A stretch of 64,000 nucleotides of DNA from Guillardia theta CCMP2712. Lineage: Eukaryota > Protista > Cryptophyta. The notes beneath the pieces were generated by a model, which saw only the letters and a list, made by a program, of their open reading frames with translations, had not been told where the DNA came from and made no database searches. Made by a program: the position numbers and the translations under genes. Where the stretch lies: NCBI RefSeq assembly GCF_000315625.1, contig NW_005434596.1, positions 172,360 through 236,359 on the forward strand. The letters run 5' to 3'. Below are positions 1-12,493 of this stretch, in pieces. The first letter of the stretch is position 1. The number at the start of each line of letters is the position of its first letter.

Positions 1-2842
1 GGTGGAGGCTGGGAAGAGGAAGAGGAAGAGGAAGAGGAAGATACCGCTAGCATCTTGGAAGGATCAGAGCAATCTGAGTAGAGGAGCCAAATTTGATCAT
101 TGGTAGTTTGACCTCCCGAAAAGTTCTCGTAGAAGACGTTGATCCTGTGAACGAGGAACATGAGAGAAAGGAGAAGGGGGAGAGGGTAGGAGGCTGGAGA
201 GCGATTGTTGCGCAACTCTCGATGTTTTCAGAGTGAAGGAGACAAGAAACAACAGGCGGAAGGTAGACGGGAATTCAGGATGGAGGAAGAGAAGAACAGA
301 CGAAAGGAGAAACCAGCAGTGAAGATGAAGATAGGAGAGGACTGGTAGAATGTAATGAAAGGAAAGGAATGGGGGAATGGGTGGAAAGAGAAAGATGTTG
401 AGGGGGGGGATGAACTTACCTCTTTGCAATCCAGGGCTGAGAAACGAAAACCTCCTGCAACCTTTTCTTCTCTACGTTTGCCTGATCCTTGTCAGGAGGA
501 GCAGGAGGAGCAGGAGGAGCAGGAGGAGCAGGAGGAGGATGCGCAGAGCTGCCCCGGTCTTTCCTCTCCTGCTTCCTAGGCACGATTCTCCTCCCTCCTC
601 TCGTTTTCCTGCTCGTCAGCCACGCAGGCGGCTCGTGTGAGGCCTTGAGCAGATGAGCATAGCGAGCTTGGAATCTCTTGCGAGGGGAGAGAGGAGGGGG
701 AGGCCGAGGGGGAGGGGGCGCGGCGGCGGCAACAGAGAAGCTCGTTCTGGAGGAGCCTCTGCGCGTGCTTGTTCCCTCGAGGAGGAGGAAGTCGAAGGAG
801 TGCTCGTAGCCGCAGGAGGGCTCCCTCCTCCGCAGGGAAGCAGAAGAGGCTCTCCTGGTGCTATGGTGCGATGTTTGATCGGGGATCAACCCTTGTGCCG
901 GCGACCTTGAAGTGGCCTCGTCCTCGGTCACATCCTTGCCATGCCTGCCCACCTCTCCTACCTTGCCGGCTTCCTCCTCCCCCTCCCCCTCATTCTCTTT
1001 CTCCTTTTTGGCGATGGTTTCAATGCTCGTCTCATCTCTTTTCCCTACTTGACTCTCGTTCTGAACAAGCCCTACCTTCTCTTCCACCTTGTTGCCATAA
1101 GTTTCATCGTGAGCATTTTGTGTCCCCCCTTCATCATCCCCCTTGTTCTCTCCTCTTATCCCATTTCCTCGCACGCTCTCTCTTCTCTTTCCATCATCTC
1201 TCCTCCCTCCTTGCCTCTGTTCCTCCTGCCCTATCTTCTCTCCCTCCCCCTGTCCATCGGAGGTCAAGGGATCTCCCTCCCCTGCTCGAGGAGAGGCGTC
1301 TCTGCAAGCGCAGGTAAGAGAAGAGAGAAAAGGAAGGGAGGAGTACGCTACGTCTTCTCGTCCCTTGCAGCTCTCTGCAGCAGGTTGATGAAACTTTCCT
1401 TCTTCCTTGACCTGCTTGGCTGCTGGCTCACGATCTTGGAGGAGAAAGTGCTCGATATATCCCGCAGTTTCTTCTTGAGAGCAGCAGAAGACCCTCCTCG
1501 GGTGTTGAAATACTCCTGCGGGAAGGACTCAAGTCAGGGCGGGAGGAAGAAGCAGGTGGCGAGAGTCGACCTGAAGCTCCTCCTGCTGAGCTCGCAAGGC
1601 TGCGACTTTCCCCTCCTCATGCCAGGCCACCAAGAACTTTCTGGCGATGAAGTCTTTTTGTTGGAGGGAAATGCAGTCTGTGACCGCTCGGCGGACCTGA
1701 AGAGGATGCCGAGTCAGGAAGGAGGGGAGAGAAGGGAGAGGAGGAGAGGAGGAGAGGAGGAGAGGAGGAGAGGAGGACCAGAGCACGATCGAAGGATAGA
1801 AGACAAGAGGAGGAAACGAGGAAACGAGAGAGTTGGAGCGAGAGGGAAAAAGAAGTGACAGCGGTGAAAAATTGTCACCTTTCCTCTTTGCACAACTGTT
1901 TTCCACCCCCTCCATGATAGAAGGAAGATTGTGCGCAGGAAAAAATTATCCAGCTTGCGAAGAAACGTCAAGGGTGTGGGAACCGACAAACTCAATCTCT
2001 ACAACGCATACAGCAGAGTAACATCTTCACGAAACAGGCAAACAAAAGCAACAAAGACATCAAAGCTGAATTATTGACTCAAGAGCACATCAGCACCACT
2101 TGTATCGTCGTCAACAGATTCTTTTGTTCATCTCACCTTCGTGAAGATTTCGAAAACCTGACCAAGTGTGTTCTGAGCGGACGATTTCTGCTCCTTCAAG
2201 TAGTCGATCCAATCCTGGAGAATCCAGGAATCTCGTGTCCTTGCCCACCTGTCTGTGGTCAAGTGCAGAAGCACGTGCAGAAGCGGGAGAAGAAACTGGA
2301 ACACCACAAACACCAAAGGAAAGGAGGAGAGGGAAGCGAAGGGGAGGGTACGGGAGAGGAGAGGAGAGGAGAGGAGAGGAGAGGGGAGGGGGAAGGGGAG
2401 GTGAGAGAAGAGAGGAGAGTGGAGAGAGGAGGAGAGGAGAAGAGAGCAGAGGAAACGGGGAGCTAAATGGCTTCACTTTCTCTGGAGCTCAAGCTCATCG
2501 GATGTGATGACGTCATGCGCGTATTGCTCCTCGAGCCTGAATCGTAGCAGAGTCAAAAAGAAGCAAAGGAATGAGGCAGGAGGAGTTTTGGAGGTGGGAG
2601 GAGGGAGGGGAAGGAGGGAGAGCGAGATTGGAGAAGGGCGATAGATGGGAATGAGCTGCAAGTGAGAGTGACAGAAGGGAAGGAGAGGGACAAACTGGAG
2701 GGCAAGGTGGAGAAAGGAAGAGAAAAGGAAGGGAAGTGCATGACATTTCCAGTATCCTCTCTTGGTCGATCGTCTCGTCGATTCCAAACTCGTATAGATT
2801 GATGCTCTGAGAAAGCATCGTCATCATCATCATCATCGTCGA

Positions 2843-2941
<99 letters not shown>

Positions 2942-3313
2942 TTCTCTCCATCTCCATCTCCATCTCCATCATCGTTGTCATCGTCGCATCTGCCTCTTCT
3001 CCTTTCTTGACCTTGTACTTGCACGAGCTGCTCAGAACATTCCCTCTCAGAAACTCCTCCTCCTCCTCCTTCCGCTGCTCCTCCATGGCCTCCTCCTGCC
3101 CATCCCTGTCAGGTCGACGGTACCAGAAGGGGGTCAAAACCGTTCTGCGGGGTTTGTAGATGGCAAAGAAGTTAAGAAGCATTTGTTCTTCCCCCGCAGC
3201 AGAAATCATTCTTTTGTCCTACGGGTGCAGAGTGTAAGAGCGAGTCATGTGGACATGAGGTTTACAGCAAATACAAGGAGGAGGAGGAGGAGGAAGAGGA
3301 GGAGGAAGAGGAG

Positions 3314-3345
<32 letters not shown>

Positions 3346-5693
3346 GGAGGAGGAGTAGGAGAAGCAGCAGCAGCAGCAGCAGGAGGAGGCATGACGAAGG
3401 CTGGTGGACGGAGGCTGGAAGATGAAGATTGGAGAAGGGAGGAGGTAGAGACCGTCCGTGCGTCTTTCTCACGCATCTCATGCCTGTCGAAGAATTTTTT
3501 CGCCAGCAGTCTGGACCCTCCAATGATCTGCAGCACGACATGCTCGTCACACGACTTCGCCTTTCTTTCCCCCTCTGTTTTGCCCATCTCTCCTTTCTCA
3601 GCTCACGTTCAGGATCTTCGAGCTGAAAATCTGCTCCTTGAACATGTACTCCGCCCCCTTCTGCTCCAGTCCAGCTGGGAACCAGCTCAGGAGCGCGTTT
3701 GACAAGTTTGACCAGCACCTTGACGCATCAGCTTGAGGAAACTTTCGTATTTGACCAGGTGGAACATTTCTTGCACAAACCTGACAAGACGTCACAAGCA
3801 GTTCAACACATCTACCACACACGTTGCTGTCACGATTGGTTTTGTGGCATGCGCAGTACCTTTGACATTCATGGTATCTATGGCATGTAAAGGTTTCTAG
3901 ATACCATGATTGTCAAAGGTTTCTAGGACAGTCATAGGATCTCTGAAACAACTGCATATGAACGTATCGCCCATGAACATAACATTGACCTTCACATGGC
4001 AGAAGATGGGAATTCAACTATCATTCATCGCATGTACAGATAGAACAAGAAGAGTTCATCGACATGGCAAAAAACGTGTCACCAAGACAACCAGATCCTT
4101 TTCAACATTTTCTCCATTCCTCTCCCCCCCCCTCTTCTTCCTTCACCTTCTGGTTTGCAGGTTCCCGGCACCATAGGAAATCTCACAGTAGTCTAGAAGG
4201 TGCTGGTACTCGACCCCTTCATTCGCTGAGAATTGCATCAAAACCCTCTCGAAGTTGAGGAGGAAGAGATGGTAAATCTCGTAGAAACGCAGCTCCTGCT
4301 CGCTCCTGCTCGTCTTCAGAGTCATCACAACTGCCGCACAAGCTTGCAGGCAGCTTGGGAGCACCTCAGCTCGACCGAACGGAAGTTGATGGAGTACTGA
4401 CGGAAGAAGGGGGAAAATGCATCCGTAAACTGCGAGCTGAGTGTTGATAGCCTGTCAGCGACATCCAAGGTCCTCTTCCCTCCTCCTCTACCTCCCGCAG
4501 AACTTCGCCAGCTTCTTCAGGCAGGCCGCTGCCTCTTTCCGCCTCCTCACCAGCCTTGCTGCAAGGGTTCGACGTGCCCAGGACTTGGAGAAAGCACGTA
4601 TCAGAGTGCAAGCGAGAAAAGGAGAGGGGAGAGAGGGAGAGAGTGAGTAAGTGAGTTAGAGGATGTTTTGACACGATATAGTGCAGAACGGGAACAAAAC
4701 ATGATCGAAACACACCCATTTGCATTCAACCATACACAACAGCTCGTAGACAGGACGCCTTGTCAAACACCATGAAAAGAGGAGGGGGAGGGGGCGAGAA
4801 GGAGAAGGGGGAGATGGAGGTGGTGGTGGAGGTGGTGGAGGAGGAGACGACAACTGAGTCGACTCGAAATGAAACCCTTTCTCAGGTTTCCTCACCTGCA
4901 CTTTAACAAGCGCGCGAAGCAACCTCCTCCTCTCCTCCAACAGTCGGAATGCTGCTCCCTCCCTCCCCTCCTTGCATTGTTCTCTCACCCTGCGGAACCT
5001 CCTCCTAGACACGAAGCGCCGCGCAGCGCACTGTATCCGAACTATCAACTCCCCCACGGTAATGAGCCCGAAGGAACGTATGATGCTAGTCTCGGTCTGA
5101 GCGGCGAAGAGCAGAGGGAGGTCGGGAAGTTGTCTCCTCTGCTGCCCGGGTATCAGCCAGACAAGATCGAACGTGTGGCGTATCATCTGCCTCTTGGCCT
5201 CTGCCGACGATCTCATCAGGCGCTCGAACAATCGCTGCTCGTACTCCTCGTAGTCTCGGTTCCCCTGCTCCCTGATTGCTGCCGCCAGGTCATGCCCAGC
5301 AAGGTCCCAGTCGGGGATGCCGCGAGCATGCATGGAGATGATGGTCAGCTCCTTCCTCTTCCTCTCCGCCTCCTTCCTGCTAGGGTACAGGTTGGCCCCG
5401 CAGCTCCTGATCATGTGCGATACGAGATTGCTATGGAAGGTAGGGGACGAATACGCGATGGCCCAACGGTAGACCGGCCACCAGGACGTGTGCTTGTTCT
5501 CCTGCGTTCTCGCTCCCTCACCCTCCTGCGGCTCGGAAAGAGGAGCAAGCATCTCTGCCTGCACCTTGTTGTACAGCTGGATAAACTTGGTGGACCTGGC
5601 AGCATGGACAGGATAGTGCGGATTTGAAATCCTGTCCTCCAAGTCCTTTTGAAGCTCGCTGCTCCATTGCTGCAAGCTGTTGGAGAACGGCAT
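1..5693 (-). CDS. Multi-exon IQ-motif-containing protein of unknown function (3' end appears to run off the window; may be more than one gene)
   Basis: Long first exon ORF 4656..5693 contains the IQ-like motif IQCAARRFVSRRRF. Further protein-like exon fragments with GT/AG borders lie at ~4420-4590, 4145-4365, 3430-3720, 3000-3210, 2110-2320, 1310-1700 and 420-1260. Confidence 0.5.
2817..2941. repeat. Compound (TCA)n/(TCG)n trinucleotide microsatellite, probably intronic
   Basis: Directly visible tandem repeat. It generates the spurious poly-M/poly-T/poly-D ORFs. Confidence 0.95.
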
Positions 5694-6209
5694 GTTTGTT
5701 GTTTTTGAAGACTCTCCTCAGCCGCTACTCACATTGATGCAGCCTGCTGCGATCTGATGTATGTCTAACGGTTCACTCACGACATTCCTGTGCTCTCCTG
5801 TGCTTTCTCCTCCTGTCCTGTCCTGTCCTGTCCTGTCCTGTCCTGTCACACCTGTCCTGTCACACCTGTCCTGTCCTGTCCTCTCCCGGCTCTCCATCGC
5901 AATGGTTCCTCCTCTTCTCCATATTCTTGAGGTTCTTGACCGAAGGGTTTCAACGGCCCGGAACTAGTTACTAGATAAGCTAATTCACTTCTTAGCACCC
6001 CCGCCCGATACCCACCCCTACATCCATTTACAAACCCCTACATCAAAATCGTTAACCCCTCCTTTTCTACACCCCACCTACAATGATCCAATTAATAGAT
6101 TGATTTACACCGGTACTGAAACCACCTACCCCATATCAAACATCATCTCTTCTAGGATCGACCCCTCGATGGAAAACCCTACCCAATTTTATCGGGACTC
6201 GGGTGACTC

Positions 6210-9200
6210 ATGGCGGGGGAGGAGCAATGGTGGGCAGTGCGAAGGGGGGAGGAGGCGGTGAAGGAAGAGAAGGAGAAGCTCAGGTTCGCAAGAGAAGGTA
6301 AGAAAGGAGGACAGGCTGTATCTGGACCCTATTTCTTCTTCCCTGACCTTCCTGCCCTGTAGTTGTCGCAGGAGACGTGAAACTTTTCGACAAAAGCTAC
6401 GAGCAGATTACTTGTTCTTTGAAGGAGGTACGGGGCCAAAGTAGATGTCCTCTCTCCTCAGAGGACTATACTCATCGATATCATGACGACCACGTCCCAT
6501 CTAACCTCCATGATGCGTCATTGTGACGTTCTTGTTTCTTCCTTTCGACTGATCGTTGTGGCAGCGAGGATTTCAGCAGTGCGCTGAAGGCACATATCAG
6601 CACTTGTTGAGCACGCCAGGTGATATGGCTGCTATCGTGTGATGAGGTCTCACGCTGCTCCATCGAAGTCTCTTCCTTCACTGTCGACGGGATGCGGATG
6701 TTGGAGGAAAGAATCAGTGATCAGGTGCTGACCTGAGAAATCCTTTTGTGGCGAAGTCATGAGACGTGTTTGTTGTGTTGGTCAGTTTGACAAGATCGCG
6801 TTAGCCAAGAAGAGCGCCAAGGAGTTTGCTCGCCAGAAGGTCTGCAGACTCATCTGATCCTCTCAGGAGGGTGAGCTAACAGGACCGCAGCTTCAGGAGA
6901 GGCGGGCAAGTATCCAGAGGAGGAAGGAGAAGCTGGAGCAGGTCTTGACGGAGCTCACCAACAAGAAGGAAGAGCTCATGAAGAACTTCTCCAACCTCAA
7001 CGTGGACATGCGGCAGAAGATCGGGACCGTGACCGACGCGCTCGACCAGAGGGAGGTCGAGCTTCTGAATCAGATCAACCGGCTGGAGCAGACGAAGCAG
7101 ACGCAGCAGGTGGAGATTGGCGAGGACTTGAAGGTAGCATCAGCTGCGTGCAATCTTTTGGTAGGATGCATGACCCGTGCTGGGAAGGTGCTGGAGGACG
7201 GGTTGGCGAACAGCGTGAGGGACATCAACGCGGCACTCCAGAAGGAGGACCACTATGACTTTCTTGAAGCAACAGCAGCCCTCGATGCGACAGTAGAGCA
7301 GGTGGGAGAGGGCGGTGGGATGACACAGCTCCTCCTCCCCTAGCCGCTCCTCTTCTCCTTCCCTACTCCTCTCCTTCTGGCTGCTCTTCCTGCCCTGGGA
7401 CGTGCCTGACCTTCTCCTCCAGCAACTCTCCACCATGGACCTCTCGGCCATCCGCCGCTTCCGCCCAGACTTCGAAGTCAAGCTGGATGTGAGGAGAAAC
7501 AATTCTTACTTTTCTTTCTCATGCTGAGAATCTTCACTCCTCCTGCTACTCTAACCATCTTCGAATGATTGCAATCCTGTTCCCTCCCCCCCTTCCTCCT
7601 TCGCCTATCCCTCTTCCTCCTCCTCCGACTTGCTCTCCCTTTCCCTTCCATCTCTTTCTTCTCTCTCCTTCCTATCCTTCTCCTAGCCACCCCCCTTCTC
7701 CTCCTCTTTCCCTCCCTCACCATCCCCAGCTCTGCCTGCTCGACCTGAACCCTCCTACCAGATCGACTACCCCACTTCCACCATCCGCCAGCTCTCCATC
7801 TTCCCGTCGCAGCCTCAGTCGGAACCGCCGGGGCCGACCAACGTGGCAGAGGCAGCGGCACCGACCCCAGCAGAGGATGTGGGAGCTAGGAACAGGGAAG
7901 TCAGTTTGCGGTCGGTTTCCAGCATGTCACACAGCTCGAGCTCCTTTGGGGATATGATCCAGCTGGAAGATTTGAAGAAAACGAGGGCGGGGCAGGTGGA
8001 AAAAAGTCAGATCCATATGATATCAGCGACGACACAGGTCAGCGGGAGAAGGGGGGCATGGAGGAGGAGGAGGAGGAGGAGGAGGAGGAGGAGGAGGAGG
8101 AGGAGGGTGAGCTGGGGAAGCTGGGGAAGCTGGAGAGGAAGAGATCAGGCATGGTTAGGAGAATGACATGGAGAGGGAGCGAGGAGAAGGAGTAAGACGC
8201 GGGAGGGAAAGAGGTGGGATCATTATGGGAGGGGAAAAGGAGGTCAAGGAATGGAGAGGACGCGATCTGGTAGTATGGGACTAGTGACAACACGATCATG
8301 AGGAAGGACGGAGGGACGGAGGGACGGAGGGACGGAGGGACGGAGGGAGAAGAAGGTAAAGTATGGGGAGGGGTGGTGAGCTGACATGCAATGGCAGGGG
8401 AAGGAGAGGAGCAGCATCATCACTATTTCTGCTCGGCAGCAGGAGAACTCGCCGAGCGGAGGAGAGAGGGAGGCGATCGGGACACACAGGGCGCGGAGGG
8501 GGATGGAGGGAGAAGCAGGAACGTCAAGCGCTGGAGAGGGGAAGGTGAGGAGTGTCATGGAGCTGAAGGGGAGGGAACGATGCTTTGGGATGAACAACAG
8601 AAAGCAGCAGGGAGGAGGGAAGGGGGGAGGTGGGATTGTCGTGGTTGATTGGGGCCGGCTGGAAAAGGAGGAGGAGGAGGAGGAGGAGGAGGAGGAGGAG
8701 GAGGTCACAGAATTGACCCTCGTCATAGCAGGAACCTGCCAGCTCTCCTTCGATTCTGTTCGATCACATTCAGAACGGATCTCTGCTGAAGTTGAGCAAC
8801 CTTAGCATCGAAGAGCAGGTCCTCAACGCAAGGAGGGGGAGGGAGGGGGGGAGGGGGAGGGCTGACGCAAAAAGGAAGGGGAAGGGGAGGGAAAGGGTTG
8901 AAAGCTTGACGACAAGTGTAGGACCTTTGCTCGCTGCCCTCAGTCTTGTCCTCCTACCCGACCTTGACGACGGTCGACTTGACGGACTCAAGTGATACTC
9001 CTCTTGCTCCTCTCGTCTTCCTAGGTTGTGACGCTGAGCGGTGAAGACATCGGGGATAGCGGGGCTAGGATCGTTGCCGACGCTCTCGCTGCCAACATGA
9101 CCGTCACTGCCCTGGGGCTGTCAGGCAACAAGATTGGTGAGAGTGTGAACGACAATGATGATGGCGGGAGTGTGAGTTGCTTGGTGTGGAGGGATGGATC

Positions 9201-11224
9201 AGAAAATGACATTGTTGAAGTTTATGTTGGTTGTTGATGTCTGCGTTGAAGTTGCTGTTGGTTGTAGATGTTGTTGCAATGATGATGTGATCGACTTGTT
9301 CAGGTGACGGGGGTATACACGCGATCTCCAATTCTCTTGCTGTCAACAGAGCTATCCTCTCTCTCTTCCTCCGAAACAACTCCATTGGTATGTCTCCCTC
9401 CCATTACATGCCCTCCTTCTTTCGAACCTCCTCCTCTTCGCTTCCCCACCAATTGAACTCGTTTTCCCGTCTTCCCTTTCTCCTCTCCTCCTCTCCCCAT
9501 CTCCTCCTCTCCTCCCCATTCTCCTTGTCTACCTGCCTCATTTTTTTGTAGGCTCGTTTGGAGCAAAACAAATTTTCAGCTCGCTGATGGTGACCGTCAA
9601 ACGCCAATAAATGTGTTTGACAGATTGACAGGAAAACTTCACTCTTACCAAACTCAATCTGAAAAACAATCACATTGGTAGGTTTGTCTTTTTCACTGCT
9701 CCAATCCCTCCCACCATCCTCTCCTCCTCCTCCTCTCCTCCTCCTCCTCTCCTCCTCTCCTCCCCTCCTCCTCCTTCCTCACTCCTCGCCATTTCCACCC
9801 GCATGCTTCTTCTCCTTACCTCATCCTACTCTCCTTCACTTTCTCACTGTCGCTCCCTCCCTCCTCAACCCTTCATCTCGCTGCAGGAGAGGAAGGAGTA
9901 GCGCAACTGGTCCCCATGCTACAGGTTTGAGGAGGAGATAGTGTTCCCCTCTCACTCACCAGCAGAAGAATCATACCCTGCTCGAGCTCAATCTCTGGAG
10001 CAACAACCTTGGAGCAGGCAAGAGCCTCTCCTCCCCGCCTTTCCTCTTCTCTTCTGCACTCTACTTGTCTTGTGCTCTTTGTTCCCTCCCCTCTTCTCCT
10101 ATCCTCTCCTCTTCTCTCCCTCTCTGCTCCTCTTCTCATCTCCTCCTCTTCTGCGCTCGTGCTCAATCTCTCTTCATCTATACTCATCCTTGCTCTCCCC
10201 TTTACGTCTCTACCTTGCTCCTCATTCTTCCTTGCGCCTTCCTCCTCCTCCCTCCGCTCATCATCCGTTTCCTTGAGTCTTCGTATCCGCCGCTTCTCCC
10301 CTTCTCCTTATCCTGCTGATCTTCCGTAGGAGGCGCCGCGATCATCGCCATGGCTCTGAGCCACACCAGTGCGGGGCTGGTCGACCTGGACTTAGGATGC
10401 AACAGCATCGGCAACGAGGGACTGACGGCACTTGCGGAGGTGAAGAGGAAGAAACAGGGAGAGGGGGGGAGCAAACAGTAGCAGCATGAGGAGGGGAGGA
10501 GAGGGAAGGGGAGAGGAGAGGATGGGCAGAGGGAGGGGGGNNNNNNNNNNNNNNNNNNNNNNNNNNNNNNNNNNNNNNNNNNNNNNNNNNNNNNNNNNNN
10601 NNNNNNNNNNNNNNNNNNNNNNNNNNNNNNNNNNNNNNNNAGGAGGAGGAGGAGGAGGAGGAGTGTGGAAGACGGGGGCCATTGAGGGAAGTTACTCCTC
10701 TGCAGAGGTGGAATGAAATCGACGACGAGGGCGTCCTGCATGCTGGGCGGGTAAGGGGGAGGCGGCAAGAGCTGAGCTGAGGGCGTTGAGCGAAGAGGGA
10801 GAAGAGGGAGACCGGGAAGGGCGGGTGGACGGAGGACACGGGTGGTGGAGGCAGAGGAGGGGGGGGAGGAGGGATAGGAAGGCGGGAAGGGGAGGAGTTC
10901 GGCTGATGAGGATGCGGCAGACGCTTGCGGGAACTTCTTGTCTTAAGGAGATGAATTTGTTCGGGAACAAACTCAGCTCCGATGGGAAGGTATCGCCATG
11001 CTCCTTCTCCTCCTCTACCTCTTCTTCAGCTTCCTTCCACCCTCCTCGTCGTCTCCGTCATTCACCAAATCCCTCATCCCTTCCTCGTCCTCTTTCTGCT
11101 CCTCCCTCTGCCTCCTCCTCGTCATCATCTTGTCATCATCACCACCGCAACCACCATCTGATGTGCTTGCCAGGCACAAGCTGAACTACAACGACAAGTA
11201 CCATCCATCAAAGTCATGAAGTAA
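6210..11224 (+). CDS. Coiled-coil plus RNI-like leucine-rich repeat protein (NLRC3/CARMIL-type LRRs), multi-exon
   Basis: Coiled-coil exon 6890-7300 (LTNKKEELMKNFSNLNVDMRQKIGTVTDALDQREVELL). Successive LRR exons: LSGEDIGDSGARIVADALAANMTVTALGLSGNKIG, LNLKNNHIG, LLELNLWSNNLG, LDLGCNSIGNEGLTALAE, LKEMNLFGNKLSSDG. Stop at 11222-11224. Confidence 0.8.
10541..10640. other. Assembly gap (100 N)
   Basis: Run of N; true length unknown. Confidence 1.
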
Positions 11225-11266
11225 CAACTGAGTCAGACCGGCCGCTTTCATTCTTATCATCCCCTC

Positions 11267-12397
11267 CTACTCGAGCACATCTAAATCCTCCGCCATCTCC
11301 AGACTCTTCAGAACCTCTTCCATCATCTCTGTCTTCAGCTTTCCCCACTCCTCGTACGTGTGAATCTGGACCGCAGCAAGAAACAGTCTCTGTGAGAAAC
11401 TTGGCAAGCGGAACTCAACAAATTCTCCTCCTCCTCCTCCTCCCACAAGCGCTTCCGCTTCAGGCTTCTTGCTCCTCCTCTCTTCTTCACTCTCTCCTTC
11501 CTCCTTTTCTTCATCCTTCTCGTCATCTCCTGGCATCGCCTGTGGCAGGCGAACGGTCTTGTCTTCGTATTCTTTGCAGGAAAGGCCGAAGGCGATGCTG
11601 ATGCGAGGGCAGGCACTGCTGTCTTTGCTCTCTCCTCCCGAATGCACAAGCCTCCCACTCCACACCAGGAGGTCTCCTGGGCTAGCAGGACAAGGCTGGA
11701 AGTCATTCTCGGGGGGAACAAAGTCTTTCTCCTGCTCTTGCCTCATGTAGTCTTCATCTCTGCTGGCAGGACAGTACTGAATGCAGCTGTTGGCTTCACT
11801 CGCTCTCGTCAGAGGGATCCAACACGTCGCATACATGGGACAGACATGCGGGTCGCCCCTCTTGTCCTGCCGCTTGTTGGCCTGCCCCGCACTCCTCCCC
11901 TCCCCTCCCTCCACCCTCGCACTGGGAAACCTCACCCGCTCAAAAGGCATGTCTGTGCGGTCTCTGTGAGGAGGAAATCCTCTCTCCATCTTCTTCGGGT
12001 CGACGTGCCATGCGTACCAGTCGAAGTTGAGCTCCAGCCTTGGGTGGATGGTCTGCCGCATCAGAGGCACAAGGGTGTGAGCGATCTCCCAGGCCTCGTC
12101 GAAGAGGATGATGAAGAGAGGGTGTAGACCTCTGTCGACTAGACTTCTCACTCCTCTCTGCAGGCGATCCAGTGTGTCCTCCTCCTCTATCACATCCCTC
12201 ATTGCGAAGAACCCTTCGCGTTCCATGGAAGACCTGAACCGCCTGACGTCTCCTTCCTCCGCCATCTTCACCTTCATTCTTCTCCGTCCGCAGCTGATCT
12301 TGAGCCATGGCAGCATCTCTCGCCAGTAGTCTGACTTCTTCACCTCCCCCCTCCTTCCCTCCCTCCCCTCCCCGCTCGCCTCCTTGGCTTCTTGCAT
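11267..12397 (-). CDS. Phytanoyl-CoA dioxygenase (PhyH)-family Fe(II)/2-oxoglutarate oxygenase
   Basis: HxD motif GFPPHRD, strand ATCWIPLTRASEANSCIQYCPAS, distal His in GDLLVWSGRLVHSGG and 2OG-binding Arg in RISIAF. There is probably one short in-frame intron near 11870-11935. Confidence 0.85.
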   Translation of the reverse strand: MQEAKEASGEGREGRRGEVKKSDYWREMLPWLKISCGRRRMKVKMAEEGDVRRFRSSMEREGFFAMRDVIEEEDTLDRLQRGVRSLVDRGLHPLFIILFDEAWEIAHTLVPLMRQTIHPRLELNFDWYAWHVDPKKMERGFPPHRDRTDMPFERVRFPSARVEGGEGRSAGQANKRQDKRGDPHVCPMYATCWIPLTRASEANSCIQYCPASRDEDYMRQEQEKDFVPPENDFQPCPASPGDLLVWSGRLVHSGGESKDSSACPRISIAFGLSCKEYEDKTVRLPQAMPGDDEKDEEKEEGESEEERRSKKPEAEALVGGGGGGEFVEFRLPSFSQRLFLAAVQIHTYEEWGKLKTEMMEEVLKSLEMAEDLDVLE

Positions 12398-12493
12398 GTC
12401 GTGGTACGCTTTTTTTTTTAATGGTTTTAGTCAAGTTCTCAGGTCTGAGGCGGACCGGTTTGTTCATTTTCGGAGACTGGTAGGATCACGACC

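Noticed and set aside
2513-3425. Poly-M/poly-D/poly-R/poly-L ORFs here and similar ORFs at 57568-58981
   Set aside because: They are translations of intronic microsatellites with no domain signal.
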